From Takakia lepidozioides (taxonomy: Eukaryota > Plantae > Bryophyta): 64,000 nucleotides of DNA. Below are positions 23,532 through 36,401 of the stretch, piece after piece (the stretch's first letter is position 1; each line of letters begins with the position of its first letter). Below the pieces are notes generated by a model that had not been told where the DNA came from, made no database searches, and was given only the letters and a program-made list of their open reading frames with translations. Location: the NCBI GenBank assembly GCA_030704615.1, contig CM060733.1, positions 62,001-126,000 of the forward strand, given 5' to 3'. A program made the position numbers and the translations under genes.

Positions 23532-26500
23532 TCAACGTTTCTTCCGCTTTTGAGGTCGCCCTTCGAAAGCTGCAACCGCCTCGGATGCGTTTCCCATTTC
23601 TGAGGCACGCACCCAAGATGCCTCCACATGATGATAGCCCTTCCATTTGACGAGATACTCCGTTTCTCGGTTCTTGAACCTCCTCGACTTAAGTATTGCC
23701 TCCACCTCGTACTCAGGTTCATTTTCATGATCCAACAGCATAGGTGGCGGACGCAACACTTGATGCCGATTCGGACGCGCTTCATCTTTGAAGTAAGGCT
23801 TCAAAAGGGAGACATGGAATACTGGGTGCACCTTGCTGTTTGCCGGCAGCTCCAATTCATACACATCCTCATTCATAACCTTCCGAATGCGAAAGGGTCC
23901 CGCATACGGAGGTACGAACTTCGGACTCACTTCCGGAGGTAGTCGGAAATTCTTGATGTTCAACCAGACCTCTGTGCCTGCCTCAAACTTCACTTCCCTC
24001 CGCTTCCGATTCGCCTGCCTTTCATACCGTTTCCTAGCTTTGGCAATGTTGTACTTTGCGAGCTTCAACAAACGCTCGCGTTCTTCCAGTACCGCCGCTA
24101 CTGCCGGTTCCTCAACGTCCTGGGCGGCCCAACTTGTCGGCACCAGAGGTGCTTTTCCATAGACCAATACGAAAGGGGAAACTCCCGTTGCGGAGTGTTC
24201 TGTGTTATTATAACAGAACTCTGCCGCGTCTAAGTGTTCCATCCAGTCTGATTGGTCTGCCGACACGTAATTCCGCAAGAATTGCTTCACTACGGAATTC
24301 ACTCTTTCCGTTTGGCCGTCCGTCGTAGGTCGGAAGGCGGTGCTCATCTTCAGCCTCGTCCCCATCTTCTTCCAAAGTGTCCTCCAAAATTTACTCGTAA
24401 ACTTTGGATCGCGGTCCGAGACAATATCCTTCGGGACTCCATGATGCTTTAAGACGTGGGCGAAGTAAAGTCGCCCTGTCTCCTGCGCCGTTGCCGTCTC
24501 CTTGGTGGGGATGAAATGGCCCATTTTACTGAACCTATCCACCACCACCATGATTGCATCGAATCCTTTTGACAGCGGCATAGCAGTCATGAAATCCATC
24601 GAGACGCTTTCCCAAGTCCCCTCTGGAATCGGCAAGGGTTGTAACAGCCCCGCTTGCTTTTTGTACTCGCTCCGGTTTTGTTGGCATGTGGTGCATGTCT
24701 TGACATACTCCTCTGCCTCCTCCCTCAGTTTGGGCCAGAAATACTCTTTCTTCAAGAGTGCCGCAGTGCGCTTGGCTCCGCCGTGGCCCGCAAGCGGGCT
24801 ATCATGGCATTCTCTCAAGAGGCTATCTCTGATCCCTCCCTTTGGCACGTAGAGACGTTTTTGCTTATACCGGAGCAGTCCATTTTGCAAGTGGAAACTG
24901 CGATTTAACCCCCATCCTCAAGTCCTGCATCACGGACTTCGCCAGCTCATCCTTCCGGCAAGCCTTCCGGATCTTCCTTTGGAGCGCCGTCTCGCCCTTG
25001 TACACCAACAAGAGCTGCTGCTTTCTACTTAAAGCATCGGCCACCACGTTGTCTCGTCCCGGTTTGTACTGGATATCCACGTCGAACACCGCCAAAGTAT
25101 CTTGCCACCTAAGTTGTTTTGGGGACAACTTGGGCTGCGTGGCAAAATACTTCACCGTGACATTGTCCGTGAACACCTTCACTGGGTTGGAACCAACATA
25201 GTGGCGCCAAAGCTCAAGACAGTGCACCACCGCCTTCATCTCTTTTTCGTGCGTCGGCCACCGTCGCTCCACTTCATTCAGTTTCTTACTTTCGTAAGCC
25301 ACTGGACGTTCATCTTGCATAAGTACACCCCCAATCGCGAAGTCCGACGCATCTGTATGAATCTCAAATGGACGATCGAACTCCGGGATTTTCAAGACTG
25401 GAGCTTCCGCCATCCGCTGCTTCAATTCAGCAAAAGCTTGGCCACAAAATGTGTTCCATACCCAGACTTTGGATTTACACAGAAGGTCCGACAGCGGCCC
25501 CGCGATCTTGGCGAAATTTCTCACATACTTCCGGTAATAGGAGGCGAGTCCTAGGAAGGATCGCACTCCCGGGACCGAAGTCGGAGGCTCCCAGTCCAAG
25601 ATCGCCCTCACCTTTCTGTCATCCATTTTGATCCCATCCTGTGTAATCACATGCCCCAAGAACTCCACTTTCGTGACCCCGAATTCGCATTTGAAGCTTT
25701 GGCGTACAGCTTCCCTTCCCGCAACTTTTGGAACACCCTTTTGAGGTGCTCCAGGTGTCCTCCTTTGTTTTCGAGTACACCAAGATGTCGTCGATGTACA
25801 CGATCACAAAACCACTCCTGAAAAAGGCTGTTCATCAGCGTGCTAAAGGTCGCCGGTGCATTGGTGAGCCCAAAAGGCATCACCAAGAACTCATATGAAC
25901 CATACCTTGTCCTGCACGCGGTCTTCTCCTCATCTCCTTCCGCCACCCGAATTTGATGATAGCCGGAGCGCAAGTCGATCCGGCTGAAATACTTCGCTCC
26001 TGCCAACCGATCGAAAAGGTCGTCGATCCTTGGCAAAGGGTACCGGTTTTTGATAGTCACCTTATTCAAAGCCCTGTAATCGACACACATCCGCAGCGTC
26101 CCATCCTTCTTGTCTGCGAATAGCACCGGGGCTCCGTAAGGTGACTTACTCGGCCGGATGTACCCCTTTGACATTAGATCCTTGAGCTGAGTCTTCAGCT
26201 CGACCAACTCTCTGTGGCTCAACCGGTAGGGCGCCTTGGCAGGCGGTTCCGATCCCGGTATCACCTCAATCTTGTGGTCAACTCCTCTTCGCGGTGGCAA
26301 GCCGCTTGGTAAATCCTCCGGCATCACATCCTGGTATTTCTCCAAAATCCCCTTGATCCAATCTGGGCTCGGCTCCCCATCGCCTTCTCCTTTCACTTCT
26401 CTAATGTAAAGCAAAAACTGGGACTCGTGTGCCTCCTCCACGGCCCACTCCTTTGCTGACAGAAGGTTTATTCGCCCTCCCACGGATTTGGGCGTTTCCG

Positions 26501-28083
26501 ACACTCGTAAAACCTCGCCACCATTCCCACATGGCAGCGTGACTACTCTCTTGCGGCCATCTATGACCGCTCCGGATTTGCTCAAAAAGGTCATCCCCAA
26601 AATGAGATCCACTCCATCGATCTCGCAGATGGTGAAGTTCTCACGTCCCTCCCAACTCCCCAGTTGAAGAGGAACATCAAACGCCAACCTTGTCGCCAAC
26701 TGAGGTTCTCCTTTGGCAGAGCGCACCTCAATAGAGGCCCCCACGTCACTTGTCGGGAGTCCCAACTTTCGCGCCGCCGCTGGCGTCATGAAGGAGTGCG
26801 ACGCTCCTGTCTCCACCAACAACGACACGTTAGTTCCGGATATTATCCCATCCACGAACAATAACTGACTCCCTTTACGCAGGGCGCCAGTTTCCTGATA
26901 CAACTCACAAGAATAGTTGCCTACCTTGCAAGTCCTGGCGACCACCGCTTCCACCAAGCGACTGATGGTATCTTCCGACAGCTCCGTGGTTGCCCGAGTC
27001 ATGTTCAATTGTCGAGGTTTTGTGCACTTCTTGGCCATGTGCCCGGGCTCCCCGCAATTGAAACACACTCCATCAAAGGTCGCCTTCTGTCCGCCATAAG
27101 CCGCTCCACCCGCTTTTCCTTTCGAAGCACCGGGTGCCGCCTTGATGTGTGAAGGCCCTCCCTTCGATTTCCACGTGCCATTGTCGCCGCGTGGCCTATC
27201 CCACTTCTTTTCCGGTCGGAAGGAGTCACCTTCCTGCCGGGTCTTCTTGTGGTTCAGCTCCGTACGGCCTTGTCTCTCACCCCTAGGGACATCTGAGAAA
27301 CATTCAGCCCTCTCAATTGCCTCGTTCAAAGTCTTGGGTGGCTTCTCCTCCAACTTCCGCCTGGCCCATGGGGCCAGTCCCGCCACAAAGTTGAAGACCA
27401 TTTCTGGTTCTGCCATGTCCGCGACTTCGAGCAACAGCACATTGAAAGCCTGGACATACCCCCGAATGTCATCTGTTTGCTTCAAATTCCTCATCTTGTC
27501 CCGGGCAAGCCAGGATGCGTTGAGGGGCACAAACTGTCTCTTCATCAATTCCTTGAACCCACTCCAGTTCAAGGTTTCCGGGCTTGGGCCTCGGTCGTGA
27601 AGGCGTTTCTACCACCATTGTTGAGCATAGCCCCTCAAATAGGTGGGAGCCACTTCCACCCGATCCTCGTCACTCAACTTGGCCGCCCGGAAGTACTGCT
27701 CTAGCTCCAGGAGCCAGTGTTGAGTGCCTTCCGATTTCGGACGCCCTCGAAGGTGCCGGGTTCCTTAGGCTTCACCTTAAACTTTGCCTTAGTGGAAGTG
27801 GCATTAGCCGCCTTCAACACGTCTTTCAACGTCCCGCCAAACTGCGCCAACAACCCTTCCAAAAGGCTGCCGGCATGGGAGGCATCTCTTGGTTTGTCGG
27901 AGCTCTCAAGGATTCCTCGGGCTCCGACTCCTCGGATTCCTCCCGCTCTTGAGCGGCCTCGTTTTCGGAAACATGCATCGCTTCCTCAAACGGCCGCCTC
28001 GGTGACACGTCGCCCCCATCGGGCTCACCAGGATCATCATCTTTTGGGCCGTTCCGCTTTCGCTTTGGCTTGCCCGACCCCAT
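23532..28083 (-). pseudogene. Gag-Pol of chromovirus copy 1 (gag, CCHC, PR, RT, RH, INT, chromodomain), several frameshifts
   Basis: [14 protein letters not shown]; VETGASH (protease Asp reads Glu here); [37 protein letters not shown]; chromodomain YEVEAILKSR...EYLVKWKGY...SW. Confidence 0.93.
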
Positions 28084-28124
28084 GATGAGGCCAATCCCAA
28101 GGACGATCGCGTACTGAACTCTAA

Positions 28125-28136
28125 GCTCTGATACCA
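28125..28136 (-). promoter_or_regulatory. Primer binding site (tRNA-iMet)
   Basis: TGGTATCAGAGC on the minus strand, 2 nt after the 5' LTR. Confidence 0.92.
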
Positions 28137-28138
28137 AG

Positions 28139-28865
28139 TGTCGCGCACCTCACTTCGGTAAGCTCCCCTTCAAGTCATAGTTACTCGCTTTGATGCGCGC
28201 GCCTGACTCCCAACCTGGCCGCCGGGCCAACTTGGAGCTTCGGCTGCTCACCGGGGCATAACGGTCCCCCTTTGTTCTCCCAAAGAACCCTCCACCAATT
28301 TGGAACCAGCGGGAATTCCCTTTGGTAGTTGGCAGTCCGGAACAGCTCCCCACTCTTTGGTCGCTTTCCGGCTCGCTCGCTTACTCACTAGTTTTTGGTC
28401 ACCAACGGGCTTGCACCGTTCTCGGGGTTACTACTCCCTATATATACTTCTGTAGCTGTCCGCGGGGGTTTCACAACCAGCCATGCCATTTTATGGCGAA
28501 CCACCACGAAGACCCTCGATTCCCGGTGGTGAGTCGCGGTGAGTCTTGGCCCACTCACCGCGGCCCCAATGGACCGTGATGAGTCCCAAGACTCCCCACG
28601 ACTCCCACCTCGAGGTCTCCACCCCATGGTGAGTCCTATGCCACCCCCACTAAGTCCCGCTAAGCTACCACCACCCCTTGTGGAGCCACCCCCACCGCAA
28701 CCCGGTGTGCGGGGCTCCACCTAGTGAGCGCCTCCGCCTCCTTGAGTGCCTTGGGCACTCAAGGGTGCTTCAGCCCCCGTACCTATCGCTGCTACTACCC
28801 CCACCACAGGGGCAGCCCCTCTTGTGTCCCGACCCCCCCTGCCCTCAAGGCAAAGGGCCGCGACA
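28139..28865 (-). repeat. 5' LTR of chromovirus copy 1
   Basis: 727 bp with TG...CA ends. Confidence 0.95.
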
Positions 28866-29177
28866 GACCGTTGGATAATGATGTTTGTTTTTCGGACGGC
28901 AGGCGTACCCTGAACGATTCGAATTTTGTAATGACGCAAAGTCCACGAGGAGACACTTTCGTCCAACCCTTTCGAACCCAAGTGGTGCATCACCGCCGTT
29001 TCATCTACTTTTGTCATGTCTCCTCAGTCACCCCTCTCGCGCCCTTTCCATCTGCACTCTTTGCCCCTTTTCCCTGTCTCTATTCTTCTTATGCTCGAAC
29101 CTGAGAGGGGGGGAGTTCGTGCACCAGACAGGAGACCTCGTCGCAAGCTCCGAAAATTATACTTCGGACGTAGGCCA

Positions 29178-32100
29178 ATGCCGAAGGGGAGGAAGCAGAT
29201 GCGTCTACAGGAGGAGATTGCCATCTCCGAGCAGCAGGCCACTCAGGCAACCCAGCCACCAGTGAGAGCTCCATGCGATCGGGCTGCGCGCAGCTGATCG
29301 AGCACCGAACCCCCATTTTGCTTCTGTAATTCTTAGACTGAATGCTAGGAGACTTGAATGCAGAACATGTTTGCATGCCTAACAGGAAAGGTGGATGTGC
29401 TGGAGGGATCGCAGGAATCCGAAGAGCCGCAGGAAGAGTCCGTGGAGCTAGCTGCAGCACGTACACCCACCCGATCCCCGAGCGCGGGTATTCCTGCCGG
29501 GCCTAGCCCTGTGCGTTTCAAAGACGCGGCTTCGAAGGGCAAGTTCAAAGCCCCAGAGATCGACTCGCGTTCTTCGGTCATGGAGAATCGCCAGCAGGGG
29601 TCGGGCCCTTCTCCAGCAAAGTTGAAGAAGAAGCAGCCCGTCCCTCTACTGGTTTCTGAACCGGCTCAGGCCGTTTCACCCCACCAAACGCGAATGAAGC
29701 AGCAGGGTAAAAGACAGATTCAATTGCAGCAGACACCTTCACCTGCAAGGATGAGGAAGCAGAAGGCAATCAGGGCGACGGCCGAACAATCTCCCGCCTG
29801 CAGATGTTGGGGCCGTCTCTGCTGCAGCGAAGGCAATGGGATCGACCGTTTCTGTCGATTGGTACCGGAGGAGGGTGCTGCCGCTCAACGTTCGCAGCAA
29901 GACCTCACCACCGATGAGCAAGCAGGCCCGGAGGAGGCCTCTGCAATGGCAGAATTGCCCGCAAATAGGCCCCAGAGTGCAGCTCCAGTTGAGGATGCTC
30001 TAGCTGCTCAGCCACTACCGGCACCTACAGACATGTCTCCGGAGATTTCAAAGTGTGCAGCGGATAAAATGTTGGAGGAGACACACAGTAGCATTGGCAG
30101 AGTCTGGGGCAGCAGGGTATTCCAGCGGACTCTTCGAATCCCACTCTGTCGCATGGTCTCCCTTCCCATCGTCAGGCAGGCCCTTCCCGGAGATGTGGAT
30201 AAGCTGAAGTTCGCATTTCGAGAAGGGTACCGTCTGGGATCGGCAGCGCGTTTTACGTTTCCATTGAGAATGAGGACGGCGAAACTCGTGGGACCCACTG
30301 CCGATGAATTGTCAACGTGGGATACCACTAGCACACTCGCAACCACGAATTCGAGGCGACTCTGAAGGGTGATCCAGACTTCGGCCATATGTCGGGTAAA
30401 ATGTCTATTTGTGGGTCGGGAATCACCGACTTCTTGCCTGGTGGGAGTACATCAAGCAGAACCATGCCAAGCACATTGGCTGGCATTACATGGTGGAGTG
30501 TGTCATCCTCAAGGTGAAGGCGGCAGACTCCTCCCTACTCAAGAATGCCATGGCGGACCTCAACTCGTAAGATACTCATACCCTCCCTAGCACGTTCGAA
30601 ATGCGGTGCCGCATTTCGGTTTCCATTCTGGTTTGTTTCTGTGCTTCCGTGTACTGAACTGGAGAGTGTGCCTTGCAGGGTCACTGAGAATGCGTACGTG
30701 CATACCCACATGCACATATGCTGTACATGGTGAGGAAAACTGGTCTCACTGATCCGCAGATGTTTGCGGAAATGCTGGAGCCCGAGCTCATTCAGAAAGC
30801 CGTTGCAAAAATAGACCGGACATGGTATCGTCTCACTATGGATGGAATGGTGGAGGTGATATACGAAGTAAGTCGTCCTCCAATTTCCCTCTGCTCATCC
30901 TTCCCCAATTTCCAGTAATCTTTCCACATGAATCGAATGTAACGCTTCTGCATGTTTTTGTTGGCAGTCAAACATCAAGCTGGATTTGGCCCATGCCAAA
31001 CGCTTCTTCATGGAAAGTGAGGGGCAGGTCAAAACGTTGCAGTCATTGACTGAGCACTTGAAGGGAAGCCGGTGTCAAGTCCAGAACCAAATACAAGTCA
31101 AAGCTTGTGAAGCTGGTGGCAATTGCAGATCCGACACTTGGAAAGGACTTCATCCCCGAGATTGCAAAACACTATTCTCGGGCCATGCAGCCGACCATGC
31201 AATTGGAGAAACTGCATCACCTCTCAACGATATGTGTTGAGGCGAAAGAGAAGGTGAGGTTTCAATGCACTGAAGTTCCTTCCTAGCAATAGCCACTCTC
31301 TCCAGCTCCTGACATTGGATCGAAATGGCAGACACGGTGGCTGTCGATCTGGAATGCATCCGAGAGCATAAGGACAATGTGGTCTTTTCCACTCAAAAGT
31401 TTCCGACCCTGCAGTGGATGTGTGGCTCAACGCATGACTTGGTGGTTCCAGGTAATTCAAGGTACTTCCCCAGATTTGCTTTTCTGAAATGAATTCCCTG
31501 AACTGCTAGTGACAATGCATTTGGGAATCGCAGGTAATGTCGAATGCGAAGGAGCAAGTCGTAATGCACACAAATTCGTTCGGCTTGTACGTCAAATGGG
31601 ATGGAACACAGACATTGGAAGACTACGTGACACGTTTCAGATGTGCGTACAAGGACAACCTTTTGCCAGAGAGCTACAGACAGCAAGAAGGAGCGTGGAG
31701 TTTACACATCAAGAGGGGGGAGCGGAGGAAAGCTGCAATGCGAATTGTTTACAGGTGAAGCACAGCTGCCCTTGTATGCGAAGCCTGGTTACGAGGTTTG
31801 TCTCGGAAATGCGGCACCGCATTCGCATTTTATGTTTTCGGTGGCACCCTGCCAGTAGGTTGGTCTCAACTTTTGCTCACGCATGCTGACTGCCTTGCGG
31901 TATATGAAATACATGCTCCTTCAGACAAGGGCCCTGGCTCAAGAGCCCCCGTTCTTCATGGCTTGGACCGTGGCGGCCCAAGCTGTGTCTACACACCCGA
32001 GAGCAGAAAGAAAGAAAAAATGGCATCCCGCGCATCTCGTTGGATGCCCCTGGTACCTGGACATGTCTGCGGTATTGTTGATGAGTCTGAGAAAGATCTG

Positions 32101-34233
32101 CACTTCTTGGCAGAGAGAAGAGAAAAGAAAGACGTGTCCCTGCTGGGCCAAAGTCGGCAAAGGAATCTGCTACTCTGGAAGAATCCAGAAAGGCAGCTGA
32201 GATGGCACAAAAGACGGTGGATGCAGCTGTGCAGGCCCAACAGAAGGGGTGAAAGAAGAGGACTCGCCAGCAAGGAGCAGCTGTTGTGACACCCGCCAAA
32301 ACGAAGCAGAAGCAGAAACAGCCTGTTCAGGAAGAGGGTGAGGAAGAGGACTCCGATGGAGACTTTGCAACCAGCCCACCCCCCCAAACGCAGGCTGCCT
32401 CCCTGTGCCCACCGTTGTCACAGAGGGCACGAGAACTGGCTCGGCAAAGAAGGCACTCTTCAACCCCCCAGGGGGCCACCTTTCGAGCCCGGTGGAAATG
32501 AAGAGGCGAAAGTGGCTCCCGAAACAGTAGTCCAGTGTGTAAATGAGAGTTTCTTGGCGGCTTTGGATGGACGGGCAGCGAAGTGGCATACATGAAGACC
32601 ATGGAGGGTCTGAAGGGCAGAGCACTGAAGAAGGGCGACTGCCGAAGAGCCTTCCGACACCCCAGGATTCAGAATATGGGTCTCGTTCTTTGAGAGGGTG
32701 TGTGTGCAGACAAGGATTGTAGGAGGGGCGGAAATGCCACCGAGTGGTCTTGCGATATGATCATCTTGGATATTCCGGACGGAGAGCCTATGGAAGGACT
32801 GCAAGCTTTGCCATCTTGGAACAGATACTCGGAGGACTTTGGAAGAAAGGATTCGGGCTTGCCCGCATGTGTTGGATGACAGAGGCTGTGTGGGTTGTCC
32901 TGGCGAGCAGAGAAAAAAACACTCAGACAAGAATTGCGAAGTGGACCCGCAAGAGCGCCGTCCCGATTCTGAATGAGAAGTGGACGTGCATCAACACACT
33001 GGGCCTTTGGTCAGAAGGGAAGAGGAAGGTGATACGACACTAGCACTCGTCCATTCATTTGCTTGGGTGTTTTCAAATGCGGTGCTGCATTCGGTTTCTA
33101 ATCGTTCCCTCCCTGTGTATGCAGACGAAGCAGTTCGATGCATACTGCTTTGTGAAGGAGAACTCCACCTTTGCTTTCGGGGAGGAGGGAGGAAAGGTTG
33201 ACCCCAAACTGCGACCCCCCTCGATTATGACGTTCTGTTCAACAACGTTCCCAAGGAACTTCTCCCTCATAGCCTCACTTCAACGGAACCCATGCGGTAC
33301 TCACGGACTCGGAGCCCTGCCTTCATTCAGACAATTATGGAGACATGCACAGACGTGGAGGGCACAGTGCTCGACCTCATCTGTGGGACAGGTATGCAGA
33401 ATCTTGATCTATGCTGTTCTGCAAATTCTCGTTAGGATGTAGTTCGCAACATCTGAAGCGCCATTGTTGTAATGTGGATGGCATTGTAACAGGTGCCTCA
33501 ATGTGGGCTGGGCGGTTTCCGACCGGCACCTCTTTGCCTACGAGGAGGATTCATCCATGTGGGGATCCCATCTGGAAGGGCTGCAATGGAATGTAAAGGC
33601 TCCCAACAGAGCGGAAGTCTCCTCGGATTCATCGGAGTCCGAGGAAGACACAGTGGACATTGATGCGGAGGAGAACCCGGAATACGAGGTGAGTGAGTGC
33701 GAACATTGTAAGTTTGCAAAGCCTTCTGGGTCATTTTGTCAAACGAATTTCCGGACTGTGGTTCTCATTAGTCTCGTTGATGATTGTCATGTGCAGGATT
33801 GCAGGGTCGGGTCGAAACATGTAGGGCCTACACTCCCTGCCAGGAAGAATTGTCCCGTTCTTTGCGAGGGCCGACTTCATGACGAGCCGGGTGAGGGACT
33901 ACTCCTTCCTAGTTATGCAGCTAAACTCGCAAATACAGCGATTAGAAGAAGTGAGAATCCCAGTAAAGTAGAGCAGATTTTGGAGAGGGCTAGGGAGGAC
34001 AGAAGGATAAGGAAAGAGTGTGGCAGCAGCTCAGACAGGTAGACGGGTACGAAAGTAATATGTGATTCAGCGGATGAGAGCGACGCAGACAGGGAGGAGG
34101 AAGACGACCCAACGGAGGTGAGATGGACAGTTCCGCAAGGGGAAGATGGGATTTTCGAAAGCCTAGCCAACAAGCAGTCCGCTGGAGATGAGAGAAAGGC
34201 AAGGGGGGTGGAGGCGGGAGTAAGACAGTCTAG
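29178..34233 (+). pseudogene. Multi-exon MULE cargo gene: disordered N-terminus, ParB/Sulfiredoxin-like domain, beta-class amino-DNA-methyltransferase-like (N6_N4_Mtase) domain; many frameshifts
   Basis: GT-AG introns at about 29262-29385, 30567-30678, 30868-30967, 31452-31533, 31755-31858, 33030-33124, 33392-33492 and 33689-33797. YLWVGNHRLLAWWEYI at 30406-30453. CDMIILDIPDG at 32751-32783. RSPAFIQTIMETCTDVEGTVLDLICGT/GASMWAG..SDRHLFAYEED across the 33392-33492 intron. Confidence 0.72.
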
Positions 34234-34396
34234 AACAGGATGAGGATTCGGATGATTTTCAAGATTAATAGAATTTTAATGAAGTCTCTGTAAATGTAAA
34301 TTCTCTTCCAGAGTATATAAAGGAAATTCTCCCCGACATTTGTGACCCCTGCATTCCAGCCACATAATCGCCCAAACCACGACGCTCCCAAAATCA

Positions 34397-35230
34397 GAAA
34401 TGGGGGCACCACATTTCCAAATTTTGGCAACTCTAAAAACCTCTTTGGAAATGCGGCACCGCATTTCCAAAACAGGGGAGGGACTAAATTTTCCATTTCA
34501 ATGTTGGCATAGTAAAAAGTAATCGGCCCGATATTGGAAATGCGGTGCCGCATTTCCAAAATTTCCTTTGTCACACGCCAGTTTTGGCCTCTCCCGCTCA
34601 TTGCATGGATGCCACCACGCTTACAGAGGTCGAACAAGGAGGTCGAACAAGGAGGTCGAGATGGCGGAATTGGAAATGCGGTGCCGCATTTCCATATTGG
34701 GGATGGTCGTTGTTCGAACTGCAGGCCCATCAGCAAATATTGGCACCGCATTCCATTGTCAAAAAAAAGTCGATGACGGACATGGAAATGCGGCGCCGCA
34801 TTTCCAGAACGGACATCGCAATTTGTCCATTGGCAGACCCTCTCACGGAAAAGCGGTAACGCATTCCATCGCGCTGGTCGGAAATGTCACACTTTTCGAA
34901 GTGTTGGACGGAAATGCGGTCACGCATTCCCTTGTCCAAAAAGAAGTTTCCTTGCCAAGCTGGAAATGCGTCGCCGCATTTGCAATGTCAACCTCGTTGT
35001 CTGTCCAATTATAGACCCGTGTGGTATTTCGTTGTACCTGGACGGAAATGATGCACCGCATTCCATTGTCCGACACTAAAATGCGGTGTTCATACATTTC
35101 CATGTCGGCCTTGAATGCGTCACCGCATTTCCTTGTCCACATGGAATGCGGTGCCGCATTTTCAATGTCCGACATGGAAATGCGGTGCCGCATTTTCAAT
35201 GTCCGACATGGAAATGCGTGCCGCATTTCA
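34397..35230. repeat. Second, less regular array (roughly 14 copies) of the GGAAATGCGGNNCCGCATTTCC palindrome
   Basis: Copies at about 34447, 34536, 34672, 34784, 34910, 35143 and 35176, among others. Confidence 0.9.
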
Positions 35231-35487
35231 ATGTCCGACATGGCGTTACTCGGTATATTCTTGACACATACTCTCATACCGGTTACTCTGGTATATTCAT
35301 CCGGACAGACAAATGTAGAAATGAGACATCAAATTGTAAAACAGTGGGCCAATTCGACAGTTATTCAACAGAATTGAAACACAATCATACAAGAAGAAGT
35401 GAGGTTACGATGGGTTTATTGATCGGACACGATGTCTCACATTTACCAATTGCAGACAAAACTAAGCCCTTCTCCTTCTACAGGGCT

Positions 35488-36357
35488 TCACCAAGTCGAC
35501 GGAACTTCGATACCCCTCAAAAACAGCTCATTATGCTGCGGCACCTCGAGGGTAAACTGCAATTCGGTCGTTCTGCTGCCCTTTGCTGGAGCCGACGACA
35601 AGTCATGTTCCATCAATGATACCACCATCATACATTGAAAAGGTCGTTGTGGGCCTCATGTGCCCGTGCGATTCGTCTTCGCAACTCCAGGCCGAATGTC
35701 TCCATACACTGGAAGAGCGCGGAAGAGTGATCTGCACGTATATAGTTTTCCCCGGTGCCATCCTCCTGGTCCATGGCAGCAGTTCCAGCGCCCAAAGCGA
35801 GGCCGTGCGTGATCTGTCCGGCATCCCTTTCCAGCTTGGGTATATCGAGGTCAACAATTTTTCAGGACCCACGGACCGCATGGACCTCGCCCTCACCTCG
35901 CTTCAAAGCTGGTTGTTAATAGCCCTCAGATTACTCCATTGCGCGCAAAGACTCTTTGCTTGCTACAGCAAGCGTCGCTGAAAACATGAGGCCAGACAAT
36001 GATGTCTCCCATGATTTGGTGGAAACATAGCATAATCGTGGCCGATGAGAAGGGCAGTCGGCTGGATTTCCGCGGCACGGGCATTCCTTGAAAAAAGAGT
36101 CAGCGGAGTTCACGCTCAATGACAGCAGCATCAAGGATGGAGGAGGAGCAGCGCGGTGGCTGGAAAAAGTTCAAGCTAACGCTGCAATTCCTCACAAACA
36201 CTCCAGGGCACATTTAAATTTCCCCCCTACAGGATCCTGGACCGATGAAGATTGGCTGCTGCATGAATGTAGCCGTTTCAGTTTCCTACCCTGCCATGCA
36301 AACTATGGGCAGTCACTGCCAGGTGGGCCGATAGCCACTGGACACGACGAAGTCCAT
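35488..36357 (-). pseudogene. Unknown MULE cargo gene A (frameshifted), paralog of 36402-37207
   Basis: Collinear peptide blocks shared with gene B: MDF, CPCRGNPADCP..HDYAMF, PWVLK.VDLDIPSWKGMP, RWNCC, YGDIR, SMYDGGIIDG, ELFLRGIEVP-STW-stop. Confidence 0.65.
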
Positions 36358-36401
36358 CCCCTCTTCGATGTAAATGCGGCGCCGAATTTCCATCCGGGGG
36401 G

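Larger units (their letters stand above)
21901..28865 (-). mobile_element. Ty3/Gypsy chromovirus (Galadriel-like), copy 1, full length, nested in the MULE
   Basis: LTRs 21901-22626 and 28139-28865 (TGTCGCG...CGCGACA). TSD GACCG at 21896-21900 and 28866-28870. tRNA-iMet PBS, PPT TTGGTAGGGGTGTG, and gag-pol with a chromodomain. Confidence 0.96.
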
